DNA from: Oopsacas minuta
Taxonomy: Eukaryota; Animalia; Porifera
Direction: 5' to 3'
Length of the DNA stretch: 64,000 nt
Assembly: GCA_024704765.1 (NCBI GenBank)
Contig: JAKMXF010000359.1
Coordinates: forward strand, 88,423-152,422
Notes under the pieces: generated by a model
What the model saw: the letters and a program-made list of their open reading frames with translations, nothing else
Databases searched by the model: none
Told to the model about the DNA's origin: nothing
Made by a program: the position numbers and the translations under genes
Shown: positions 13,778-26,067 of the stretch, piece after piece
How positions within the stretch are numbered: position 1 is the first letter of the stretch
Layout: the number at the start of each line of letters is the position of its first letter

Positions 13778-16700
13778 CAGGTACGTAGCTACGGGGGGGG
13801 CAAGGGGGGGCAGTCGCCCCCCCAAAAGTTTTTCCCGCCCCCCAGATAAATTTGGAAGTTTTGTTTTTATATACAATGTAGTTAGCTTATTAGTAATATT
13901 GCTCTATTAGCAACCAGCTTTCGGGTCCCAAACGGGATTATAATGTTAATTTCGTTGCCCTATTAGCAACCGAATCTCTGCAAAATCCGAGTTGCTAATA
14001 AGCGAACTCCACTGTAATTAATAGCCTATGTACTTCAACTGCATCGTCAAAACTATGAAATTAATAACTCGCGTTGCGATGATGGTTTTAATACTAGACA
14101 GGAAGTAACGCTCATTGATAGTAAACTTGTTCTATTTTGACAGGCACTGAATTTCGACTATAATTTTAATTGAATTACCACGACCGCTAGTAATTGTTGT
14201 CAGAAGTTAGACTGTCCATTGAAGTAATTGAAGCATTGGTGATGCTCTTAGGGTTTCAGTTTTCAAAGCTTGTTTTGAAATTTACACATGAGTGAAGCCA
14301 ATTTCAGATATTCTCTATAAGTTATAAAGTCATTCTATATCATCAAATCTTTCACATTTTCTGTTCTTCAATCAGTTCAGTGACTCGTATCTCAAACAAT
14401 TCTAGATGACTAAAAGACTACAACAAAGCAAAGTTCAGGCATATTTTAAAAGAAATCGAATAGAAATCGAAGATCATGTCGTCTCTTCAAATTATGAGGA
14501 GGTAGAGCCTGTTGTTACGAGTATTCAAGTTTCGACCCCTTTAACTTCCGATTCTTGTACAACTATTTCAACTCCAAGTTTAAACACGACTCATATACAA
14601 TCACCAATTGTGACTGTAAATGATTTGTCCAACAATGGTGAGAAACCGAGGCAGCCTTCTATTATCTTCCCAAAAAATGAGGCCGGTAGACATTTTAGTA
14701 CTCATTGGTATGCCCAATTCTCCTGGATAGAGTATAGCAAAGAACTCGATGCTATATTTTGCCAACCGTGTCGGCTTTTTGGAGGATCAACAGCTGAAGC
14801 AACTTTTTCAACAAAAGGACTTTGTGACTGGAGGAAACTTGGCGACAAGTGCAGGAAGCACGATAGTTCTGTGTGTCATATGGCAGCTGTTGAAACACAG
14901 AAAGTCTGGCCAATTCATCAAATAATAGGGACGGTAGATAAGCAACTGGATCCCAATTTTCGAAATGAGAAATTCATAGATGACAATCGGAAACATTTAA
15001 TGACTGTTCTTGACATTATTACTTTTTGTGTCAAACAAGATATTCCTCTTCGAGGAGATGATGAATCAGATCAGTCGCTTAATAAAGGGAACTTTCTTGA
15101 AATATTAGAACTTTTAGGAAAATATGATAGCAATGTGACCAAGAGGATAGAAAGTCTTCCAGGAAATGCAAAAATGCTAAGTCCAGATATTCAAAATGAT
15201 TTGCTTACATCACTCGCTTCAGTGCTTCTAGACTATGTTAAAAGTGAAGTAGAAATCGCGTCTTGTTATGCTATTCTAGCTGACGAAGTAAAAGATGCAT
15301 CTAAGAAGGAGTTGTTAGGTGCTTCTTTGCGATATATCCATAAAGGTAATGTCCGAGAAAGAGCTATTGGCTTTATTGAATTGAAGGACATGGATGCGGG
15401 CACCATCTCTGAAAAACTGATAGAGCTACTTAAGCCTTTTGAGCTCGATCCTCTGAAATGTGTAGGGCAGGGTTACGACGGGGCTAGTGTTATGTCAGGA
15501 ATACACGGTGGTGTCCAAGCCCGCATGAAAGGAGCAGGTTATCGCAATGCCACATATGTTCATTGTGCTTCACATAGGCTTAACTTAGTATTAGCTGCAA
15601 CTGCTGAACGACATCCTCTGATGAAATCTTTCTTTGATATATTGGATTTGACGTATTCGTTCATGAATGGAACAAAGCGACATGCAGTTTTCATAGACGT
15701 CCAGGATGAGCGCTATCCCCCAACGTCCAAGCTCTTGAACTTGCACGTTCATGTAGTACTCGTTGGTCTTCCCGTTCTTTGGAGGTGGAAAGGTTTCTGC
15801 GTCGGTTTGATTGCATACTTGATACTTTAAGCATATTTGGAAATGATAATGATGCAGACACAAGTTTAGCAGCTAAATCTTTACTAGGTAGTCTACAAAC
15901 AAAGAAATTTATGACCATCTTAGTTTACTTTGGTAGGCTGTATGATTACTCTGATTTTTGCACTAAAGCTTTTCAGAAGTCGACAGCAACTGTTTCTTCT
16001 TGTTTGATATTACTTGCCGATCTGAGGGAAAGGTTGGTCAATTTCGATTTTGACAAGGTTGTCGAATATGCCAAAGATTTGTCTGGTGAATATGAAATCG
16101 AAAATTTTGATGTAAGAGACACAATCAGGCAACGGCGTCTTCCAGAAAGGTTTAGAGAAGGATATCTAAATAGCTCTGTTGGACACACAAACGCATCCAA
16201 CTTTGAAGAGCTTGAAATATTGTTACGCCAAAATGTCCGCGAGATCTTAGCAGGATTGGATGCCCGTTTTGGTACAGATCAATCAGGCATCATGAAGGCT
16301 GCTGATTGCTGCTTACCAAGGTCTCAAAACTTTCTTAACAAACAGGAATTGAATACACTATCTGAACTGTATGCAATAGATATCAAAGATTGTGAAATAG
16401 AAGTTCTCCGTTCGTTTATTGCTCGAAAGATGAATCTCAGCTAAATACTTTGATCGATGTACTGGATGTGATTGACAAAGATATTTTCCCTGATGTTTTC
16501 AACTTATACCAAATTCTTGTGACTATCCCTCAGACGTCTTGCAAAGTTGAGAGAATGTTCTCATCTGTTAAGAGAATAAAAACACGTTTGCGCTCACAAA
16601 TGACCACTGAGCGTCTCAACCATCTTGCCCTGTTATCTATTGAAAAAGATATTGCAGAAACACTTTGTTATAATGATGTGATCGAACATTTTAAGCAGAT

Positions 16701-16975
16701 GAAGCACCGCCGCTTTCTTTTGTAATGTCAAATAGTATCCCTGAATTGAGTTTAGTATCTTAATAAATGCTCTTACTATAATGTAGACTAATCTAATGCT
16801 CCCTAGCCTAGTAATCTGGTACTTTATGAATTAAAAAGTTATACATGTAAGAAAAGGAGACTGGGTCGTACTTGTTATACACAAGTAATTAACTTTTCAA
16901 AAATATTTATCCCTACAATTGCCCTCCCGAAATACTTCTTGCCCCCCTGAATGTCTTGCTCTAGCTACGTGCCTG
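13778..16975 (+). mobile_element. hAT transposon, copy 2 (inverted relative to copy 1)
   Basis: Same TIRs. Flanks are tcatacac and gactaaat. Confidence 0.95.
14406..16725 (+). pseudogene. hAT transposase with two -1 frameshifts (773 aa if each is repaired by one base)
   Basis: Frame changes at tatcccccaac (~15714-15724) and gctcgaaagatg (~16421-16432). Confidence 0.9.
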
Positions 16976-18060
16976 GACTAAATTGTGGATTTAATTGATA
17001 TTATCGGTGTTTTTGTCTTCCAAACTGCGAGTTAGAAAATATACAATTACCATCTCCAAAAACATTGACCTAATGAAATCACCTACTTTCATTCTTTTTC
17101 AATATTACCTTTTCTATCTGGTAGAACATTAACTGGCGTATTGATTTACACAAAATTATTCACTTCCTTCAAGGTATTAATTGCATATAATATGCCTATT
17201 GAAAATCATTTTTTCCCGGGTAATAAAGTACATTATTTCATTTTACTTGATAAGTGCTACCTCCAATATCAAGGTTATTCTCAATAACCTTGATATTGGA
17301 TTTAGTGCTCTCATATTATATGTATTTTCAAAATGCCTACAAAAGGGATACCTTTGCCTGTAAGTTACGCCAATTAATTTTACAGTTTCATCCTCAAATT
17401 CCTTAGATATTTTGTTACTAATTTCTATCTCTATGCAAATTATTGCCAGTCAATTTAGAAATCTCTGATTATTTTATGTTGTAACTTGTTGCAGTTAATT
17501 GTAATTGATCTGCCTCATTTACCACAGACTAATTATAGAATGCTCAAGAAGTCTTGATTTCAAAATTTCAAAATTTTCATATGGGTAGTACTAGTCCATG
17601 TTGTTTAACGATAATATCTGAATTGCTGCTAATCATTCTAATTCTGAGCATTTTATTAGTTGATCAATTTTATTAATTCCATACATACCTAAGATTGTAG
17701 TTCTCAATTGTATAACTAATTCCTAGAATTCTTAGAAAGTTCGTGAATAAGTGCCATGAACTAGATCGATATCTTTCATCACTTCATTTAGTTTAATGAA
17801 ACTGATTGTAGAAGATACAGACTCAATCATTGCCACCATGTGCCACTTGTTCCCATCTTTTTGCAATGGGGGCAATTGAAAAACGTGGTACAATAGTGAT
17901 ACTCGACGTTAATTTTCAAACATTTCAATATCTAATAGAATATTCAAGCATCTTCAATTGTAAATTCGGATGTGCCATTGTCAGAACTAGATTGCAACTT
18001 CTCATTTAATGCATATCCAATTCTGCAATTATTCGATTTAGTTTATTACTTGTTTTTTAG

Positions 18061-18245
18061 GTACTGGTGAAGCTGGAAAGACCACATTTATTAAACAAAT
18101 GAGGATAATTCATGGAGTTGAGTATGACGAAAATGAAATATTAGAGTTTAAAAAAACTATTTTTCAAAATATTTATGACGCTATTGCAAAATTAGGAGAT
18201 GCAATGATTGAGTTCAAAATATCTTATAGGACAAATCTCCCTGAG
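18061..18245 (+). CDS. GNAQ: G-protein alpha subunit, Gq-class-like: internal exon equivalent to GNAQ exon 2 (P-loop)
   Basis: Acceptor tgttttttag and donor gtaagt. Reads (G)TGEAGKTTFIKQMRIIHGVEYDENEILEFKKTIFQNIYDAIAKLGDAMIEFKISYRTNLPE. It is 185 nt, phase 1 to 0, matching vertebrate GNAQ/GNA11 exon 2 as recalled. Orthology is not proven. Confidence 0.92.
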
Positions 18246-18625
18246 GTAAGTGTCTCCTTTAGAATTTTGATTGCCTATCGTTTCTGAAGTGATATGTGGC
18301 AATGTAGTAAGTTCAGCAAATTTGATCATGGATTTGTGACCCCTCCCTCAAGTAAACACTTGTATCTATAGAACCGTTGGGTTTTACTCGAAGGATAGTA
18401 TTTTATCATTGTAGAAATTCATTTCTTCGATTAGAGTTCTAAAATTTGGAAATTCTGCCAATTATTTTGTCTATATTACTCATTATTTTCGAAATTTTCT
18501 GCGTCTTATCTGTATATCCAATGTAATGCTAAAAACTAACATTGAAATCAAATTTTATATTATCAAATGATGTTTTACAAATATACAAATTTATTTTGCA
18601 TAATTTGCACATTCCTGAATAATTA

Positions 18626-19920
18626 CAAGGGTTGTTCAATAAATAGTGAGACTGTTTTTCATAATTCATATAGTAACCCGATACTTATCATAATTGATTA
18701 TCAAATGTTTCGATAAATTCCCCCTTAAACTATATGCATCGTTTCCATCGTTTTGGTAACTTTTCCATCCCAGTGTGGTATAGAATTCTTTAGGTGTCCC
18801 TTTTTCCCACTGTTTTCTTTCGTACTCCAGCCGTTTGAAATCCTCAAATCCCTTCCCTCGAAGAGGTCCCCTCATCTCTCCAAACAGCCAGTAGCCGCTG
18901 GGAGCCAGGTCTGGACTATGCGGGGATGAGGGAGGCATTCAAACCCTAAGTCGTCAATTGCAGTCATTGTCTTGGAGCTTACATGGGGCCTTGCGTTGTC
19001 ATGTTGCAGCAGTACGCCACGTGTTAACTTTCTCTCGCCTCTCACGTTTATTCGCTTGACGCAATTCGTTCAATTCGTCAACGTAATAATCACTGTTCAT
19101 GGTTGTCTTCTCAGGCAACCAGTCGAGGTGGATAATTCCTTCCCTATCCCAAAGTACTGTTGTCACTCTCTTCCCTGCTGATTTTGCGGCCTTTACTTTG
19201 ATATGTACCAGTTCATCACGTCCCTTCCACTGCTTCGATTGAGTTTTACCCTCTGGTTCATAATAATGAAACCAAGTTTAATCCCCCTTTACTATACGTT
19301 CCAAAAGTCTTCCTCTACCAGATATCATGAAAGTAATTCTTTGCTAACTCTGACCCTTTCGCGTTTTTGTTCTTTTGAAAGAAGTTTCGAGACGCAACGC
19401 GCAGTTACCTTCGACATTTCCAGATCTTCAGTAATAATCGAGTGTAGTGTGGCTTTTGATATACCTACCCTCTCTTCTAACTCTCGCAGGGTTATTCGTC
19501 TGTCCTCCTCGATATTTCTGCGGGTTTTGGAGGAAGTCGCACAACCTGGAAGAGGATCATCGTGGCGGACCTTATCGCCATTATCAAAACGTTCGATCCA
19601 TCTATATATGGTGGCTTTCGAAGGACATTCATCTCCGAAAATATCCTGCATTTCACGAATAATGTATGAGTCAGTCTTCCCCTTTTTCCACAGGTACCAA
19701 AATATTTGTCGTTTTCCTTCTTTGCTAAAATCCACTAGTTAAAAAAAGTAGCCTATGCAAATGAAACTTTATACTGAAGAATATGCTAGGAGAGTAAAGA
19801 GTATTGTGTATAGAAGTTAGACAATCAAGTTAGGCTTGTAATCTGATATTAGGCTTAGAGCTGTATTAACTAGAATATGAATCCGATACATTAGTCTTAT
19901 TACTTATTGAACAACCATTG
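18626..19920 (-). mobile_element. mariner (DD34D-type) element, copy 1, decayed
   Basis: TIR caagggttgttcaataa. ORF pieces MDFSKEGKRQ..CPSKATIYRWIERF and PHSPDLAPSGYWLF, with internal stops and frameshifts. Confidence 0.9.
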
Positions 19921-22263
19921 CATAACCCGAAATCATTGAATTATGATCGAATCAGGATAGCTAATTTAAGGTAAATTTCAAGCTTAACATATCCTTGTAG
20001 TACAATTAGACAAAGTATTCCATACCAATGTGACCTAATCATGGTTATGCCCATATATGGTCATTTCAAGATTGCGAAATTAACTTTAGCGATATCATAT
20101 CAAACGTATCACAAGTATACGTTAAGTTGGATCCGGAATATATATTGGTTATCCTGATTTGACTATAATTTCAACGATTATCGAGTCATATGTTGATTTT
20201 GACAAACTTCACCCATGTTCTCTACTGTAACTCAGAAGCGTGCCAACTAATCATAAAAATTTTTATCATATTTTCTGTAGAACAATTTACAGATATACAT
20301 GCGATCGAAGTTAGGTCAATTTAGAGGAATTTATTTTGTAAATTAATGCTTATTAATCAAATATATTGGCACAAATAGAAAAATTTGCTCTATTGGACTG
20401 ATGGAATGTATTTCTAACATTATGGTATACTAACTAAGCAGGAAGTGAAATTAGTGCATATATGTCTAAAACTGTCTGATGTCGATATAATAAGGATATC
20501 ACTATAAATTGAAGGTGTTTAGGTAAACCCTGTTATCCACGGACTTCTTAAAATTGACTTCATTTACGCTAATGATATATTTCTTGCGCAGAAAGTCAAC
20601 TGGATAAGGAAATTTGAGAATATTATAATATATGGAAAGATGTATATATCTCATATCGTACATCCTACAAATATTTTCAGGATACAAATATGACCGTTTG
20701 ACACATAAAATATGACTTACTAGAGTACAATAATGCATTATTAGTGTTCAGTATTAGCAGATTCCGGGATATCAAGAAGTTTACTATCCTGTTATGGCCT
20801 AAGCTAATCTCACAGTATAACGAAGGCCATGTATCTAAGGACTCTGAACTGGGACATAAACCAGTATTCACAGATGGTGTCATTCAAGATTGGATCATAA
20901 ATTTAAAAGATAGAATATGAAGATATTGTGGCATGGAAAGTAGGGATCACACTAAGTACATATTTGTAAATCACTTAAAAACAGAAATACAAGATATCCA
21001 GTCTTGATTATTGGCAAATTGTACCATCCCCGGTATCTACAAGGGTTGTTCAATAAGTAATGAGACTAATGTATCGGATTCATATTCTAGTTAATACAGC
21101 TCTAAGCCTAATATCAGATTACAAGCCTAACTTGATTGTCTAACTTCTATACACAATACTCTTTACTCTACTAGCATATTCTTCAGTATAAAGTTTCATT
21201 TGCATAGGCTACTTTTTTTAACTAGTGGATTTTAGCAAAGAAGGAAAACGACAAATATTTTGGTACCTGTGGAAAAAGGGGAAAACTGACTCATACATTA
21301 TTCGTGAAATGCAGGATATTTTCGGAGATGAATGTCCTTCGAAAGCCACCATATATAGATGGATCGAACGTTTTGATAATGGCGATAAGGTCCGCCACGA
21401 TGATCCTCTTCCAGGTTGTGCGACTTCCTCCAAAACCCGCAGAAATATCGAGGAGGACAGACGAATAACCCTGCGAGAGTTAGAAGAGAGGGTAGGTATA
21501 TCAAAAGCCACACTACACTCGATTATTACTGAAGATCTGGAAATGTCGAAGGTAACTGCGCGTTGCGTCTCGAAACTTCTTTCAAAAGAACAAAAACGCG
21601 AAAGGGTCAGAGTTAGCAAAGAATTACTTTCATGATATCTGGTAGAGGAAGACTTTTGGAACGTATAGTAAAGGGGGATTAAACTTGGTTTCATTATTAT
21701 GAACCAGAGGGTAAAACTCAATCGAAGCAGTGGAAGGGACGTGATGAACTGGTACATATCAAAGTAAAGGCCGCAAAATCAGCAGGGAAGAGAGTGACAA
21801 CAGTACTTTGGGATAGGGAAGGAATTATCCACCTCGACTGGTTGCCTGAGAAGACAAACCATGAACAGTGATTATTACGTTGACGAATTGAACGAATTGC
21901 GTCAAGCGAATAAACGTGAGAGGCGAGAGAAAGTTAACACGTGGCGTACTGCTGCAACATGACAACGCAAGGCCCCATGTAAGCTCCAAGACAATGACTG
22001 CAATTGACGACTTAGGGTTTGAATGCCTCCCTCATCCCCGCATAGTCCAGACCTGGCTCCCAGCGGCTACTGGCTGTTTGGAGAGATGAGGGGACCTCTT
22101 CGAGGGAAGGGATTTGAGGATTTCAAACGGCTGGAGTACGAAAGAAAACAGTGGGAAAAAGGGACACCTAAAGAATTCTATACCACACTGGGATGGAAAA
22201 GTTACCAAAACGATGGAAACGATGCATATAGTTTAAGGGGGAATTTATCGAAACATTTGATAA

Positions 22264-23642
22264 TAGTTATATACAAAATTGTGGAACGATTTTGATGATT
22301 AAATGACAATAGCTGAAATTGAAGAATTTGAAGGGATTGCTTATGAATGGGTTAAGTATATATCCACAACAGGTCTAGAATTTGTAATTTTCTAGTTGGA
22401 AGATTGTACCAATATGCGATTAAATATATATGAAATTAAACATACAGTTATGTTTATTACCAACTAAATCATATCAACATTTACTATCACTAGTACGCTG
22501 TGCTTCCTTGCGCTACGCGGATTCTAACACTTCGTGTCTGTACTCGGCCTTCGGCCCTCGCTTTCACTATTAGTTTGTGTGATATTCGGATTCAGCGTAA
22601 CCCGATTACCCCATAATAACCGTTGAAACCACGTTTCCAGGATTATTTTGAAATTTGTTTACTTTTCGTTTACTTTATATTCATATAAACAACTAAAATT
22701 TGTATGACAAATCCATGAGTGTGATTCGGATTCAGCATATTCGCTAACCTTCCGTCAAGTTTATGAAATTTGTATATTTTCTTGATTAACACCATAGATA
22801 TATAGATACATGCATTTTTGCAACTACGAATTCCACATTCCATTCCAGCTTCCCTAGCAACGGACAAACGGACAGACAGACAGATAAACAGATAGCAGCG
22901 ACAATGATAGTATCTCCATTACTATCATTGTCACTGCAAATGTCCAATATTTCAAATGGAACTGTGCAGGTAGGTCCTCTGAATGTGGAACTGGCCTAAT
23001 GGCGGACGGTACGTCTGGTTACGCAATAGTGGATTTATTCTTTATTGTGATACCATCAATTTTCGTCATCCAGTAATGACAATCTGAAAGAAGACACATT
23101 GGTTCTCTCCATATCATTGGAACCGCAAACGGGATTATATTTCTCTTCCCAGCATACCACAAGCGTCTTTCAGGCATTGTGTGCAGCCCACGGCTTATCT
23201 TGATCCCCGAGATGGCATCCAAAATTAGCGAAATAACAGTTTTCTACAGCTTTTGTGATTTTGTCATTGGTTAGTTGTAGTATACCTCCCACAAATATAA
23301 CAATACTTTTCGGAGAATTTTTGCAAACCAGAGAAGCCATAAACAATAAAATGAACGAAATATACTAAATGTCGAGTGGAATAAAACAGATTATAACTAC
23401 TATTAGAGGCAATTTAGATCATGTAAGCAATGAAACCAAATAAATTGGATGTTGATGTGTAGAATTGAATTTAGAAATATTTTTGACCATGTGGTCAGCT
23501 AAAAGATCGGCATAACTAAAATAGAAATTTCTTACTTTTAGTACCCTCGAGAACGAAAAACATTGATAATAATTCCCAACATATATCTACACTATGCAAA
23601 ACACTAGAGAAAGAAGATCATTAAGAATGTTGTATATCAGTG
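22264..23642 (-). mobile_element. Non-autonomous Chapaev3 (CMC) derivative, copy A
   Basis: TAA TSD (22261-22263 and 23643-23645). The right end is cactgatatacaac on the reverse strand. Remnant WYAGKRNIIPFAVPMIWREP..DCHYW is homologous to the 28232-29344 protein. Confidence 0.82.
22490..22937 (-). mobile_element. Helitron/DINE-like non-autonomous insert inside the Chapaev3 derivative
   Basis: On the minus strand it ends in CTAG followed by T, preceded by GC-rich stem-loop-like sequence. It has a (GTCY)n microsatellite and an 18-bp hairpin (22895-22912 / 22920-22937). It is also present at about 45941-46385. Confidence 0.55.
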
Positions 23643-25204
23643 TAATCAATTATGATATATATCGGTTTACTATATGAAATATGAAAAACAGTCTCAGTAT
23701 TTATTGAACAGCCCTTGTAAGTGGATATTGACAAAACATATGTCATTTATCGTCTCTCCTGTTACTCAGAACCGTGCCAAATTTATCATGACAAACCTTT
23801 GGATATTTTCTCCAGAAACTGTTTGAATCATTTAGTATTTCAACATTTGATCAAATATCAATATTTTGGCTAAATTAGTGTTTGCTATAGAAATATATTG
23901 GCACATTTCGAAAGAATTTGCTTTTCCTTACTGATGGTATGTATTTCTTTTGGGAAATTCATATTTTCTATGGTGACTTAGCTTATGGTCAGAATCATGG
24001 CTTAAGGATATTTATCACATCGAAGGGTACCTGTGATTCAAATTTCAAATTTGATATTCTACAAGCTGACAATCATGTTTTAATTTCGCCATTGATTGAA
24101 TTTCCCCCAAGACTCGAACTTGTCCGAGTTGGCCCAAAATACCTATGTATGCTTAAAATCTGCCATGGGGGTCTTCCATTCTCTTCTAACAATTCTGGAC
24201 CTACTAACATATATTACATGCTTAAATTTATATTGAGATTAATTGAGTTTTCATTGTATAGATTCGTGTATTAATCGGCTCAGAGCTCATGAAAGTTTAT
24301 TTCGATCTTTCATGATCAGAGGGAGTTTACTATTTCATGCAATTGTAGTACTTTTATATTTCTTCTTTTATGTACCTGCAGTGGAATCCGGATTTATCCT
24401 AATTCTTTCCAAAATTTATTTGTCTGGAAGTATACTTCTTATACACTTCCTTGTTTTATTTTAATGAAGAGAACAGATATTTCTTTTGACTCACTTTCAA
24501 AATTTGTGCTTTGTATTTTTATTTTCATTGATTACAATCCATCCTGGCAAAATTATTGAACAAGACTGTCTTTGTCCATTACGAATTGCCCTACCGCACA
24601 TTTTTCCCAATATTGTTTTATTTAGGGCCGATCCCTCGTTTAAGAAGTGTTTTCAATGGCACTTGTATTTAGCAATAATATTACCCATTCATATGTTATT
24701 AATATGTTAGATATCTAAACTAAGTTATACAAGCTTTTTTACTTTGCCCAATGGATACCAAGTGGCCCCTTTTGATACAAAGATTTTTGTAATTGAATTT
24801 TTATGTTCATTCTTTTATTCATTCTTTTATTCTGCCTTTTGTATGACTAAAATCAAATTGTCTATAGCGACTCCTAATGTTTGGAATTTCTTCTTCCCAC
24901 ACAAAATCATGTCCCACAATGGCTGTTCATTTGGAACAATTTACTGCTAACTCCTGATTAAGCGAATAGATTTTAGCCATCATTTGGTGTTCGTATTTTC
25001 ATGTTTCACTGTACTTATTTTTTGTACGGTTAAACCTTCAGGAAGTTAACACTCTGGAACAGCCAAATGTTCACATATGAGAGGTGTTCACTTTGAGAAA
25101 GAGAAAGTGTGCTCATCTTTTGGAGGTGTTCACTTTTGTACATTTATTTGTACTCCCTGTTCATCTAATTCAGTTTTGAGTTCTTTTAATGTGTATTTCT
25201 TTAG

Positions 25205-25371
25205 GATATAATGAACGAATTGTTTGATGTTACTGGAGCTGGAATAGTCGAATTGCCTTCAATTATTCCTAACCATCATGTTGATGCAATCCAGAGATTT
25301 TGGAGTGATGATGGTATACAAGAATGTTTCCGTAGAAGAAGTCAATTTCAACTCATTGATTCCGCACAGTA
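25205..25371 (+). CDS. GNAQ: Gq-class alpha subunit: exon equivalent to GNAQ exon 3 (helical domain)
   Basis: Acceptor tttctttag and donor gtgagt. Reads DIMNELFDVTGAGIVELPSIIPNHHVDAIQRFWSDDGIQECFRRRSQFQLIDSAQ(Y). It is 167 nt, phase 0 to 2. Confidence 0.92.
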
Positions 25372-26067
25372 GTGAGTATTTTCTTTATTGATAATCTTAT
25401 TTATTATCGAACTTCCTGGACGTTCGTGCAGCTCCCTAAACCTGACAAGATATTTTCAATCTTATCAAAATTCACCATGTCAAAAAAATTTTTAACATGA
25501 TAATACTGCATTTTCACATCAAACACGATTCTTGTCTTACAAAGACTGTGAAGACATTTCTACTAACTAATGGAATCTCGAAACTTGGTTGTAAGATACT
25601 TTTAGCTTGAAATAGAATTATTGATTTATATTTGAGACTCGGAAAACTCGGAGTTCTTTAGGTCCTCGCTTCGGGCACGTATTGTTATTGGTCCCTATGC
25701 GACAGAATATGCTCAGCACTACTTGCCTCGAAATCAAAGAATTGTTGAAATTTTCAGATTATATTGTCCATGGTCCATCCCAAAAATATTGAATGGCATT
25801 CAGTGGAGTTGCTTTTTCGCTTCTGTTAGTGATGTCTGCACTTTGTGCCTCTGGTATTGAACGAAATTCTGAAAATTTTCGATTCGAATTTTGAACTTCT
25901 AGAATATTAAAAGCTGACCATGATGTCATAATTTCGTCATAGGTGTGAATTTCGTCCAAGTCTTGAACTTGCCCGAGCCAGGACAAATATACCCCTGTAT
26001 GCCAAAAATCTGCACTGGCGGTCCTCCATTTTCTTCAGTGAATTCTGAACCTACAAACATATATATA

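Larger units (their letters stand above)
21040..23717 (+). mobile_element. mariner copy 2 (inverted relative to copy 1), interrupted by a Chapaev3 derivative
   Basis: 5' TIR at 21040 and 3' TIR ending at 23717, with TA flanks. Removing 22264-23645 restores tttgataatcaattatg as in copy 1. Confidence 0.9.

Noticed and set aside
17000-18010. Possible decayed TRIM/RING-like gene on the minus strand (CPHCKK..)
   Set aside because: Only a single CxxC word amid many stops; it cannot be supported by eye.
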